This document shows, piece after piece, positions 12,437-26,275 of a stretch of 64,000 nucleotides of DNA. Under the pieces are notes generated by a model that saw only the letters and a list, made by a program, of their open reading frames with translations, did not search any database and was not told the DNA's origin. Position 1 is the stretch's first letter, and every line of letters starts with the position of its first letter. A program made the translations under genes and the position numbers. This DNA is from Podarcis melisellensis (taxonomy: Eukaryota). The DNA lies in NCBI GenBank assembly GCA_964234715.1, contig OZ174282.1, one strand, 5' to 3'.

Positions 12437-14150
12437 GCCTTCACATCTCTGCTGCTTAGCAAACTTGCCTTCACATCTCTGCTGCTTAGCAAACTTGGCT
12501 GCTGCACAGTTCACCCCTAGCTCCACGTCATTTATAAACAAGTTAAAAAGTTTCGCCTAGGTCCTATATCCTTGGAGGACTCCAATTTCTACCTCTCTAT
12601 TGGGAGAACTATCCCTTTATTCTTTCTCTTGGCTTGCTGTCCCTTAACCAGTTACCTGTTCTTTTATCACATAACTTGGTGAGGATCACAGTGTTGACTG
12701 GCTCACTCATATCTACCGTATATGGCAGGTGACACTCTCAAATAACGCTAAAATGTTAATGAGATAGGATCAAACCTTGCAGAAACCATGCTGATTCAAC
12801 TTTAGCAATACTTATTTTTTCTAGATGCTTGGCAATGCTTCTTGCCAGTTTTCCTGGAATAGACACCAACCAAGTCAGCCTATAATTTCCCTGATGTCAC
12901 CTGGACCCTTTTCTTTTTCTTAAAAAAGTGGTGTTACATTGACCACTTTCCAGTCCTCTGGTATGAAGGCTGACGTTAGAGACAAGTTAGATATTTTTGT
13001 TGGAAGGTCAGTGCTTTCATGGGCGGCTGTTATCTGGAATGATTGATTTGTCCATTTTTTGTTAATATTTATTCATATAACATGTACGGTGCATATTAAA
13101 AGGACATTAGGACAAAAGAAAACACCCTGAAAAAGAACTATACAAAAAAATAGAACACTTTAAAGATATCAACAACTAATACTAGTGGGACAGCAAAAAA
13201 GAAAAAAAATTAAAGGACGTAAGGAAGAGACAAAAAAGCCAAGTAAGTTCAGTGATTCTTCTAAATAAAATCATACTTGGCTGAACAAGGCGACCTACCT
13301 GAAACTTGTCAACAAAGCCAAGAACTCTTGTCTTCACTATTTGCCTCAGTTCCTCAAACTCCTTAAGTTTCTCTAGGCACAGGATTTGCCCCATGTATTC
13401 CACTGCAGAGACAGATGCAAAGAACCATACAACTTCTCTACCATCTCTTTTTCCTCCTTTTCCACACCTTTGAGTCCCTTGTTATCCAAAGGTCCAAATG
13501 CCTTTAGCCAGTTTTCTGTTTCTAATATATTTAAATATTTCTGTAGTTATTGTTAGCAAGGTAAATTGTCCCAACACCTTGACTTTCCAGACAACTTCCA
13601 TCTGTCTGCGAGATGGTTTCACGTCACTCCTTAAAGGAGATAAACAAATTTCTCTGACCGCTCTGTGTTTTATGTTGTGTCCTCAAATTCTTTCTCCGTA
13701 TCTCTTAACGTTGTTGGCATGACTTCTGCTAAGGTTTGAGTTCTCCTTCCCCCCTTTTGTTTGGACAAGACTTCCATTTATTGAAAGAAGTCTTTCCTAG
13801 AATAGCTTTCTTGACCCAACTTATTAATCATGCCGACAACCTCTTGGCTGTGGTGGTACCTTCACTGCTTAGCTTCTGTTATTGTGGTTGCAGGGTGGGA
13901 CCCAAGCATTTTGCAGAGGTTTGACCCTCCTGACTTTCTCTTTTAACTTCCTTTTTTATTAGAGGTTTCCTCTTCTGAAGTCAAATGGACTGTGTTGGAC
14001 TTCCTTGGTAATTGCCCAGTTATATTGAATTTGATAGCACTGTGGCCAGTTGGTTCAAGAACACTTATATCTCCCTCCAGGTCCTCCTAGGCAGCACTTA
14101 AGATTAAGTTCAGTGTTGCTGCCTCTCTTATCAGTTCCTGAAGGGTAGGT
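12437..14150 (-). mobile_element. CR1 LINE ORF2 remnant (endonuclease to RT)
   Basis: Degenerate motifs in order: REAATLNLIL, FKKKKGSR..GNYRL..VSIPGKL, GVLQG, LFNLFINDVELGVNCAAAKFA. Confidence 0.75.
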
Positions 14151-15646
14151 TAGGCTGAGTGTGACTGTTTTAACATGATCTAATGAACCTCATCACTATG
14201 AGAGGACTTGAATCATGGTCTTCCTGGTCTTCATCCAGTACTCTGCTTGCCATGTTGTGGTTTTTGCCATTGATGGCTACTTATGTTTCTGTTCAGAGAA
14301 ACCTGTAGCTGTAGCATGGGGCCTGTGAGAAAAGCTTTTCCCATCCTGCAGCAAGGTTTGTCCCTCACTTTCATGGGGCTGCTAGTCAATCCTTGCTAAC
14401 AAATAACACCATTATGAAATAAGTGGCGTTCATTCTTGGAATAATTGACTGCAATCAAAGGGGTGGCCAATAGATGAATGTGTGCTCTAGTCTTGAGTGG
14501 CAGACCTGACCTCTTAATATGTTATAGATTTTAGTTTGCCCTTGTAGTTTTGCTGAAAAGCCTAAAAGCCTTCCCTCCCACCCTTCCAACCCAAAGCTAT
14601 AATTTTAAGTGTGGATGAGTAGAAGGACAGATATAATTGGTTTGGTAATAAATTTGGGTTCTTTTGATTAATGTGATAAAGATGAAATGAATTATCGTAA
14701 CTTTCAAGAGTGTTATGTAGTGGGTTGGCATGCCAGGCAAACTGGAGTGGGTGAGAAGGAATTAGATGACAACTGGGTTGTGTCATACAGGAACCAGTAG
14801 GGCGGGTTTGGACTGCCTTTCAATAACCTTTCAGTAATGTGTGTTAACTTTATAATCTGGTAAATACCTAGGAAGAATGCTAATAATTTTGGATTTCCCC
14901 TTTTAATGCATGCGTATGTGCCAAGTGGCAATGCTAATATACACTCAAGGTCGCTTTGCTAGAATTGGAAAGGGGGGTGTGGTGTTCATTTCTGGCTAAT
15001 TAGAGTAAAATTGTCAGCATGATATTGGGTATGTGGGAGTTCGTAAATATACGACTGATCTGGCACATGTAGCTTAATGTGTCCTCAGGATAACTCAGCA
15101 CACTAGTCAACTCATATGCTTTAAGCACTCCCTGATATACAGGCAAGATGATGAAACAACACTAACGGGTCCAAGCTGGAAACTCTTGGGTGTATGCTCT
15201 CTTGGGATGTCTAAAAGCTAATAGTATAATCTCTGCCTGTGAAACGGTGAAGGAGGGTTTCTTCCCCCGCAGCTGATACCAGCCTCATTGTCAGGATGTT
15301 CAGGGGAAAGAGAAGTTGTCTGTCAAAGAGGATTGTGGGAACTGTCTTTCTCACTTTGGACTTGGAAGTTGTTAGTTCTGAACAGTTCCATCAATTCTGT
15401 AACAAAAATTAGGATTATCATTCCAGAGAAAGAGGTCTCTTGCTGTGGGTGGCATATCTTTTTTCTGATGATGGCAGGTGAATAATGAGTATTGAGGACT
15501 TTTAGAGGTTGCAGGCACCATTCCTCCTTCCCTTGGATCTATGGAATTCTGAAATGCTGAAGTTTAAGCATCCTCATAACCATCAGTAGCAAGCCATGGA
15601 GAGCAAGAGTGTTCAGAAGTGGGATAGTTCCTGTTCAGTAGTTTGA

Positions 15647-15961
<315 letters not shown>

Positions 15962-18900
15962 TAATGGGCTGTTCTTGATCTAAGCCCCTTGCTTAGATCA
16001 TATCATATTGCATATTCATATCTGGAGTGGATGTTGAGGTCCTGCATTCTTAACTTTGTGTCTGGTAGTGGTATTTAGTTATCACTCTCCTCATCTGTTT
16101 TTAAAAGGTAGCATTGCTGTTGGGACCATTTTGTGAAGGAACAGCATGTTTCCATGTGTTCAAATAGCACTGCACACGGTGGACACAGGAATTAACATCT
16201 GGCAAATTTTACTTGGCAGGACAGATGTTAAGGCCTGTTCACTGTAATGCAAAGGCTACCGGAGCATCCTTTGATTAACATCTCAATGATGAGCATTTGA
16301 CTTAGCTGGAACTGTGGTGGAGGTGATCAGGCAGGTGGATTTTGGAAAGACTAACTTGGATGTTGCTGTTAGTAGCAATACACCAAAGCACACTTAGCCT
16401 CGCTTAAAATGAGGATGTGGGATTTTCATGTTTAGCATTGCTCATCATTTGCCTTCTGCTGTAAAAGCATTTTATCAAAGGTGACCCAGTAAATATATTG
16501 CCAAGGTTGACATTACCTTTTGGGGGGGGGAGTGAATTCTCATGACTGGCATGTTTAAAATTCATGCCCACATTATCAAGGCTTATCTATGAAGATGACA
16601 GCTTAGACTTTTATTTATTTAGATTTCCTCTTATTTATTTAGACTTGTGGTCATAACTAGCATCTGTGATCATTGCTGTTGGCCCAGCATCCTCTTTAAA
16701 CTTCTCCCAGTTATCCTTTCAACAGTTGAAATGGTGAGCCTCAGTGTAAGGCTTTCCAGGAGTATTCATCACACATCAGTGGTGGCTTATAGGCTACTTA
16801 TTGTGACTTCAGTGGTTTGCATTAGGTGAATCTGGGTTGGCATTGGCACAGTGCTACCGTACTGAAAATAAAGAAATGTGTGGAAAGAAGTCCAAGGATG
16901 TGATTTTTTTGAACTCGGTCTGAGCAGATTGCTTCTGTGGGTGGTCAGTTTTTCTCTCTGTGGTGTTCCAACATTGTGTGTTCTAGTGCAGCATTTGTGA
17001 GAATTGTTTAAAGGGTAGATGTAGGAGGTAGACACACATTAAGTCTCTGCTCCCGCACCTCAAGACTGCCTTCACTAACCTGGTGTCCTTCAGATCTTTT
17101 GGACTACAACTCCCATTTGCCCCAGCCAGCATAGCTGACAGTAGTCTACAACTTGATGGACTGTGAAGTACTCCTGGTTGAAAAGCATTGCTTTAGTAAT
17201 GGAAACAGGAAGTGCAAGGAAATGCTTGCTAAGTAATTCCTGTGGAACCCATGACAAACTTCCTGTGGGCACATCACCTCTTTCTGGCTGACAACTTTCT
17301 GCTGTCCTGTTCACCAGAGCCCAGAATGCCCCCTAGAGACCGAAAGTGGGAGGGACTGTCAAAGTATGCCCTGAAAGAATCCTCCAAACTAAGATTGCCC
17401 TGTGTGACTCTGGTACCATCCAGTCTTGATGTCATCCATTTCTCTTCTGCATGATCCTGTGTCCTGCATCAAAAGCTTGTTGCTTCTTTCCCACTTGATT
17501 TGACCTGATAATGGTAGGGAAATGTTGGCTTCCCTAGAAATTGCAAGATTGGAATGGATTGGCACTACTGTCCAGTTTAAGGGATGGGTAAGACTTAGTC
17601 TTAGTTCTTGTGGAAGACTTCGCAGCTATCGGGTGACTGGCCGTATGTTTAACAAGTGAGGTACAGCTTATGCTAAACGTAGTACATTAAGAGAATGAAC
17701 TGAGCAAGGAAGTGCCTGGTTGCAAATGTCACCTTAGTCATGAGGCAAACTCCTGCTCTCAGCCCCTCTCTGTTCTGTAAGTAGTCCAGTGTTATCTCTG
17801 ATCTCAGGGAGTTGCAAGGATTTTGGATACCGACATGAAGCATTTTGAGCAATTAAGAAAAATACAGTGTAAAGGCAACTCGAGGATCTTAATGTTTCCT
17901 AACATTTTTAAGTTTTGAGATGCCGTTAATTGTTTCACAAGGCAGTACTGTAGTATTGAAGAGGTGGTCTCAGCAGAAAACTGCTTCAAAAGAGATCCTA
18001 GATGCAAATATACTTGCTTATCCTCAGGTTGTGCCTCCATCCCTCTCCTGAAAATTGGTGGTTGATGGTGGCAAAATACCAATGAGTGTCTTTACTTGCT
18101 TTTGTCTTTTTTGTATGAAACCTCTGGATTTGGATTTGAAGGAGAGGGAAACACTGCGTGCTAGCCCTGGTGTTGTCACCTTCTGGAGCCCTAAATTCCT
18201 GTTTGCACCGGCCCAACACTTCTTATACTTGTTAATCCCTGAGCCTGCTCATTGCTTTTCTTCTTGGGCACAGCAAATGCATACTGTTGTGCACCTAACT
18301 GGCCTCTATTTTCATCCTGCTCAGGAGGCTTATAGGGTTTCCTGGATCCCCAGGATTTGCTGGTATGCTTCTTTCAGGGAAGAGTTGCAGACTTTGGTTA
18401 CATGATGATGATAACGTTTATTAGTTAACTTTGCAGGCATTGATCATAAGTGTACAATGTAACTGGTGTCTACAAACAGGAATGGTATTTCAACTTCTCT
18501 CCGCCCTTTTAAGCCACTCCTGCCACCAGCTCAAAACTGCTGCCACCTGCTTGACCCTAGTTTTCTTGCAGAAACCTCCTCTATCCACCGTGATTGCTAA
18601 ACGTTCAGAGGCAATGTAGGAAGTGCTATCAGCAGATGGGAGGGTGGTTCTTTATAGTGTCCCATGCGAGGCTGGAAAACTGATACTAAAAAATAACATG
18701 TATGTAGCACAGCTTTGCTTTTAATCACTGGCCTTGTAAGCCATAGGGTGCATGGAATTGGGTCCAGGCAAGTGAGCAGGCTTCTGGAAGAAGAAGACCC
18801 CTTCTCCAGTCCTAGGAAAGGTTTGCAGATCTTACTGACCCTCCTATGCCAGCCCCCAGCAGGCAAGAAAATTGGTTGGCTTATTTACCAGGCTGATAAT

Positions 18901-20136
18901 AGTAAGCATATCAAAAAAGTGGTGACTTCAAGAATTTCAGTTACTTGCCTATTTTTTCCCCTTCCAGTGGCTAGCAGGATAAGAAATCATACTAAATGTA
19001 TACACTTCAATATACTTGCTTAATTTTCCAGGTTCATAATAAAATAAGAATTTTGATTTTACATAATTAATATTATAAGTACAGAATATACAGCTTTGGC
19101 TGTCAGCAGACTCCAAAGGAGCTGACAGTCAACCCTCTTTTCTCTTAACCTGCAGCACAAAAAGTTCTCTAGACATAAGCAGGAAGTAATTTTGCACCGA
19201 TATGGGAATATTGATGAGATATGGTCAGGTTTTGGGTGTGGGTGCTTTCTAATCTAAACTGGCCACTTGGTCTCCTCCTTACTGCTGCCTCACTTTTTTA
19301 ACCTTTGAGGAGGGGTGTTTACCCCACCCCACGGTTCTGTGGTGTGGCTGTCTGCCAGTACACATTAGGAGGGATAAAGCTGTGCTAGCAGCTGAGGTTC
19401 TGAAGAGTTTCTCACCATTTTAATTTAAATTATTTTAAATTGAGAGTGAGAGTTGACAGCAAGGTGAATCAATAAGACAGCACATTTGAAGTTCCTGGAC
19501 CAATGAGGACAGAGGAGCAATGACCTACTTTGGTGCTTTAATTGGTCTAGCAACCCACCCAAGTGGTGTCTCATTGGCTCACTGCACTGCCATTCTTGTT
19601 CTATGAGAAATCCACTAAATGAAATGGTAGGCAGCTCATAGGACCCTCAACTGCTACTGCAGCACTGTATTCCTAGCATTCACTGCTGCTCCCCACCACT
19701 TGCTCCTGGCTTGCCACTATGGGCTATACTTTGAGCTCCGGCCCTTTCCCAATCTGAAACGGACATTTCTGTACTAACCACTTCCCCATGAGGTGTATTC
19801 ATCATGGGCTGAAACTCTGCCCCATCCACTCAGTCCCTCATCTTCCCCACATTCGGCACGGGAGGCTTTTGCTTATACTGTCAAAGACTCCCCAGCCACA
19901 TGGAGGGTTCTGCTTTCATTTAAGCAGAAATGAACAAAAGCCCCTGCAGACCTTCTATACTTGGGGGAGGGGGGGAGAGATGGGATGGAGCAGTTTTGGT
20001 GATATGCACCAGGGCATGAGGGGAGGTGCTTGCAGGCACACCCCTGCCTCCCATCCTAGGATGTACATTTGTGTGTTCAGGTAAAAATTTAACGTTGAAA
20101 GAAATCTCACTTCTATTCTCTCTTTATGTATTTAAG

Positions 20137-20238
20137 CCAGTGAAGAAAAAGAAGATAAAACGAGAAGTTAAGATTCTGGAGAACCTGCGAGGTGGAACAA
20201 ACATCATTAAACTGATTGACACTGTCAAGGATCCAGTG
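20137..20238 (+). CDS. CSNK2A2: CSNK2A2 exon 3 ([34 protein letters not shown])
   Basis: CK2 basic cluster; tttaag / GTG|gtaggt; 102 nt. Confidence 0.96.
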
Positions 20239-20599
20239 GTAGGTCCTAGTATGTGTCAGGAGCACTGGAATAATTGGGGTTATCTTCAGAAGTGGGTCAT
20301 ACAGGAAGCTTAGCTCCTCACACAGGTTTTACAGTTCAAGTGTGTGTTTACTGCAGGTGGAACAGGTCTCATGTTTGGATTTTTGTTGTTTAGGCATCTG
20401 CATAGTTTAAAAACCACGTTAGTTTCTGTTTTTAACAATAAGCTCTTTAAATGACTCTTAGAGTTCTTTGGATAGATAAGGGAGGGTTTATTTCTGTGTC
20501 TTGGGGTCAGAGAGAGCATTATCCAGAAGAATCTTGGAATAATCAAGAAAGCAGGTTACAGGAAAGGTGTGGTTATATCATACATATTCTCTCTTGCAG

Positions 20600-20650
20600 T
20601 CAAAGACTCCAGCTCTAGTGTTTGAATACATCAATAATACAGATTTCAAG
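20600..20650 (+). CDS. CSNK2A2: CSNK2A2 exon 4 (SKTPALVFEYINNTDFK)
   Basis: ttgcag / AAG|gtgagt; 51 nt. Confidence 0.96.
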
Positions 20651-22836
20651 GTGAGTTTTTCTTCCTTTCTATACATAATGGATTTTCCAGGAAGCCTTAG
20701 GAGAGGAAATGTTGAATCTATTGAAACACACAAAATTTATTCTTGCGGAAGAATGAATTGTGCAGTCTTATGGGCACTTTGTAAGAAACTAACTGCAATC
20801 AGCAAGCAGTCTTTCTGTGTGGTTTTTGTGGTCCATGTTCAAAGGGAGTAGTGCAATAGAAGTTTACTGCATTTCCTTGATACTCTGTCTCAATATAGCA
20901 ACTGTTGCCCTGCAGCATGTAATTCCATGCTAATCTCCCTGCTATGATACTCTGTTTACTGTAGTCTTGTTGATGAGGAAAGTGGGGCCTGATTTTTACA
21001 GTGGAAAAAAGCTGGATATGAGAGTAGAGTTGGGAGGAAATGTCAAGATTTGTTGAGCATTAGGGGGAAATTTGAGACTAGGTTCTACAAAAGTGACAGT
21101 CTCTACTTGAATCACAGTGGAACTGGCATTTAAAATCACAAAGATTATGCAATTTTAAAGCTATGTTTTTTGGTGTTGGTTTTTTTTTTAAGGAAAGCAG
21201 TCAGTAAATTGGAAGTGTTTGGTTTGCCTCATCTATGGGTGATAGCCTAAATATCTAGGTCTCAAAATGTGGTGATAGAATTTGACAGCGAACTTGTAGA
21301 AACATGGCACAAAATTGGACTTTTGGAGGAGAGTTGGAATCTGAAGCAGCAAATGCCAACATGAGCCATAGTGAGCGTTTCAGAAACTCAATGAAACTGA
21401 GAATCTGTGGAGGATGTATTTAATTTCATTTCATTTTTATACCACTTTATATTTTTGATAAAAAGTTTTCAAAACAGTTTACAACCCAGATTAAAACATC
21501 AAATAAAACAATACAGAAAAAAATTACAGAAAGAAGTTAATCATTAAGTATACATTCAAAGCAGCATAATTAAGAGGACTCTAAAATATTATCTTAAAAA
21601 AATTCAAAATTTAGCATTACAAAGAAGGTCAACTATAGAATGCTCATGCATTTAACGCAACAATGTCAGAAACAGAGACAAGCACACTTCTCTGAGGTGG
21701 AGACCTGGAGTTCCTTGTCTAACTGGCAGTGTGCTGATGTGGCTGAGCTGTGCTGATCCCAATTCTTAGTCCAGACCTAGGTGTAGCTAAGAAATATTTG
21801 TGTGCTAAGTGTGCAAGGTGAAGGTTCAGAATCTTCTTATGTCATCATAGTGCCCTCTAGATGTTGAGGAGTCCAACTCCTGTCAGCCCCAGCAGCCAGT
21901 GTTTTTCATTTCATTTCACATTTAATTTGTACACTGACTTTCTATATTGCTATGCACAAGATGAATTACATGCTGAAGAAACAACAAAATATATAGCAAA
22001 AATCACATATCTTTTAACAAAAAAGTCATAATAAAATGTATGACTTTAAAATAAACAACTTATACAAAATAAGGTAATATTCTGTAATCCATTAGCATAT
22101 AATAGTGCACAATAAAATTAACCATCAAAATATCAGCAAACAATAATTAAAGAAATTCACTATCAACAATAAATCATCACTAAAATATGATAAAAATAAC
22201 AGCAAGTTACAATGCATAAAATATAACACACACAAAAACAATGTAAAAGGATCAAATTGAGCAACAAAGCCACATAACTTACAAAAAATAATAATTCACC
22301 TCACCACCAAAAAACCCCACCTCTTCTCCCTTCCCAGCCATGGTCTCGGAGAGGCTGTTGCTCAGTTGGACTTGATTGAAGGGGGGGAAGGCAAGGCTCT
22401 TTTGCCCTTCTTCATACTTTCTCCCCAAAGAAGCTGGTAAAGAAACGGGTAGCATGCTGAGTTGATTCATGGGGTGGGGCATTTGCCTGCAGGCTGAACC
22501 CTGCCCATCAGCTGCCATCACCCAGTGACATCAGCTTGTTGGACAAGTGGGTGTGGTTTGGGGGAAATGGAGAGTTGGGACGAAATAGGCCCAGGGGGGC
22601 AGAGATTCCCTTTCCTTGCTCTAATGCTTGCCAGGATCCTTTAATGCTTCTCTGAGGTTTGTCTGTCTTCTGCTTCAGAGATCTTGCAGCTCTGTCTCTT
22701 GACCTGCCCTTGAGTGTAAAAGAGGTTCTACAGAGTGTGGAACACAGTGAGAGGCCACTGCAAGGTGGGGGTGGAGGTGTAAGAATGACAGGAAAAGCAC
22801 AGCACTGATTTTTGCAATTTTCTGTTTTCAAATTGA

Positions 22837-22968
<132 letters not shown>

Positions 22969-24504
22969 TAATTAATACCTGCAGGATTTTTTTTATTATT
23001 TGGGAAAGGGAAGAACAGCACTGCTCCCATACTTCAACACTTTTTTGTGGGCAACATTATGTCTTGGTCACAGCTCGAGAATACCTCCAAAGTCCTCTGG
23101 GACTTCTTGGGCCCTGATTACCTCTTGGAATAATTTAAAGGTGTGATGTGTCTCTGTGGATATGCATAAAATTCATTCCCATCCCTAAACCCTTTTCTGT
23201 AGAGAAGGATAGGCAAATCAGAGGAAGTTAAGAAATCAGTCAGTCACACAGCAACAGACAACCTTGGAAAACAGAGCATACATCTGGCTCTTATAACTTC
23301 TTCAGAGGTCCTCAGGAGTCAGTGGATTTTGCTTTCTGACTTTTTAGCCCCTGTGCACTGAAAATGACTCCCAAGTTCATCTCTACTAGTTTCTGCTGCC
23401 GCCTTTATCTTCTACCATCATATCATTTCTTTAACGGCTCTCAAATGTAAAGCAGTGTCTAAATAAATTTTGCTGTTTCAAAGTGTTAGAACAACTTGCA
23501 GCTTGGTCGAATTAGATTGAAATGGCCCCTTATAATTTCTGGAGTTCAAAGACTTTATTCATGCAGGAGCAGATTTATCTTTGTAGGATTTATTTGCAGA
23601 AGAGATTAAAGAGAGAAAACAGAAGATATTGTCTCAATAAGTTGGGAGAGAAAGAAACGAAATGATAGAGTTGATTTGAGCAGAAAGGCTACAAGCAAGT
23701 GTTGGCTAGATTGCTAGAAAAACAGTACCCTCATGTGGTTTAAAATAACACATGCATTAACTAGAAGCTCAGAAGAAGGAAATGTCTTTACTTGTTTCCA
23801 ACATGAAGGACAGACAAATTTTTCTTGTAAAGCCACAGGTGCTGGTGACATGCTGGAAACAGGCACCACCTTTGCCCTGGCCTTGACATATTTTTGAACC
23901 CAACTGGGATGAGCAGCAGAGGGCAAAGCAGCTGCCACCAAAAGTGCAGTAGCCTGGAGAGAAAGAGTGAGTCCTGGGCCATCTTGTTCTTGCTGTGCAA
24001 CTAGGCAGTACTGCAACTTTTAACCTCAAAAGGGGTTTCTAACTAGAGACCCACATAACGGCCCCATGTGAAAACATGAATATCCTTTTTTCAAAGCCTT
24101 GGCAGGCTTGGCTATCTCATTGTTAAGATTCCAGGAGGAAAGGTTGCTTGACCTATTTGGTGGGCTTGGTTCTTTCCAAGATCTGTGCTTAGATTTAGGC
24201 TTTTGGGAGGACTAACAAAACTCTTGGATAACTTATTCTACATGGCAGTGTGGCATCCTTGCTGGGGAGAGAAACTGGCACATAGCACAGATATATTCAG
24301 CTGCTATAATTTCATCAGTGGAAAGGTTTAATTTTCCTTGTGTGTCTTTTTTAATGTTTTAATTTAGGTTTGGCATAAGTAACGAGTACATTCAGTATCT
24401 ATTTTCAAATCGTAAAGTCTTTCATACAGGTGAATTACAATTCGAGCCATTTTTGTTGTTAATTTTCCTTGTGTTGGGTGTTAACGTCTACATGTCTCTG
24501 GCAG

Positions 24505-24588
24505 GCCTTGGATTACTGTCACAGCATGGGAATCATGCATAGAGATGTCAAACCTCATAACGTCATGATAGACCACCAACAGAAAAAG
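24505..24588 (+). CDS. CSNK2A2: CSNK2A2 exon 6 ([28 protein letters not shown])
   Basis: HRD catalytic loop; ggcag / AAG|gtaaag; 84 nt. Confidence 0.97.
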
Positions 24589-26143
24589 GTAAAGACATCT
24601 GAAGAATGACCCTTGTGCTTTGCTATGGCTGAGTTCTTGATGCTGAGTTGGGTCTCTGCCCTGTTCCCCAGTCTGGTGTCTTTTAGAGAGGCCTCCATCA
24701 CCAGATACTTCAAAGATCTATCATAATTCATGGTTTAAGCTGCTGCTGGGGTGACCCAATTTCTTTACTGATTACCTCCCCAGTTCTGCCTATGTCTTGA
24801 GTCTTAGCCATCCCCTCTTTTTAAAATGTGGGTGTAAGTAAGATCTTTTACTATATATTCTAAAGGAATATTATCACTGGCTTTGGCTTCTGTTTTAGCT
24901 TTTTTGGTTCATTAGTCAAAGCGGCTTACATAATAAAGTGATTGCTTACAAAATCACAAGCTAAAAAAAGTAAATACAGCAACAGTATAACAACTGTTTT
25001 TATTTAAGAGCAACAGACAAAAGCAAATTCATAAAAGCAGTACATCAGATGTTAAAAGATAGCTGGAATGAAAAAATTCACGAGCCATTTAAAAATAGAC
25101 AGCAGGAGCGTGGCAGATCTCCAGTGGGAGGCTGTTACATAATCTAGGTGCAACTACTGGGAAAACCCGTCTCTTGTACCCCCCTGCCTAGCTACACAGA
25201 GCTGTGTAGGGATGGAACACAGAGAAGGGTTTCTGATGCCAATCTTAAAGGCCAGGTGAATGCATATGAAAGTAGGTGGTTTCTGAGATAAGCCTTTTGG
25301 GAGCTCAGTTTGACTAGGTGGCTGAAGGGGAATAAGGAGAAGCTCTATGGCAGCTACAGCTAGAGTGCTGTTAGTAATGCACCACATCAGAAGGCTATAA
25401 AAATGTTGTGTCCAAGAGAGCAAAGCTGCCCCTTTTTCTCTTCAGCCTCCATAACCAACCCCTGATTTTCACATACACTCAGTGAACAGCCAGGCTTTCT
25501 TTGGGCCCCTGCATTTCCTCTCCAGGCCTTCCTGACTATTTCCTCCTTCACTCTCTTGGTCTCCTCTGATGCTGCATGAAAACCAGGCAGCCTTGGATTC
25601 CTCCAGCCCGCCTGCTACACAAATATCTAACACAGTCAACTTTTGCACTCCCTACTTTGCTCTCTGAGAGTGGGAAATGGATGTAGAAAACACCTTTGTT
25701 TGGCACTTTCTGTTCATCAGATAATCTTGACAGCAATGCCCCTGCACCTTTGCAGGGTTCGTGAGCATGAGGCAGGAAGCCCGGCTTGTGCTTGGGAGCA
25801 CCAGTTGTATCCTCTGCAAGAGGTTCTTGCCCTTGCAGCTGTCCTTGTGCATTAATGTTGACTGGGGCCTCCTTCCGGCTTAGCTGTGCTCTCCCACAGG
25901 TGCATGCAGCTGGTCCCTGTTTTCTGGCAGTCAGTTCACTTTCCTTTTAGGAGTCTGGTGACTTATGATTAGTAAATGAGTCATCCAGTAATACACAATC
26001 TGAACAGTACAGCAGAGCTAATTTTACAGAGTCCAGCAGATGATAGGAGCTGAGCACCATCCTGGCTAGCAGCTGTGCAAGCGCCATTTGACCAAAGTGT
26101 TGAGCAGGCTCCCTGGCTGACTGACTGCCTTGTATGTTCATAG

Positions 26144-26275
<132 letters not shown>

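Noticed and set aside
14700-14950. Possible L1-like ORF2 remnant on the minus strand
   Set aside because: Resemblance too vague to support without a search
16285-16400. Intronic C/D box snoRNA (ATGATGA box C at 16286)
   Set aside because: No CTGA box D with a terminal stem at a suitable distance
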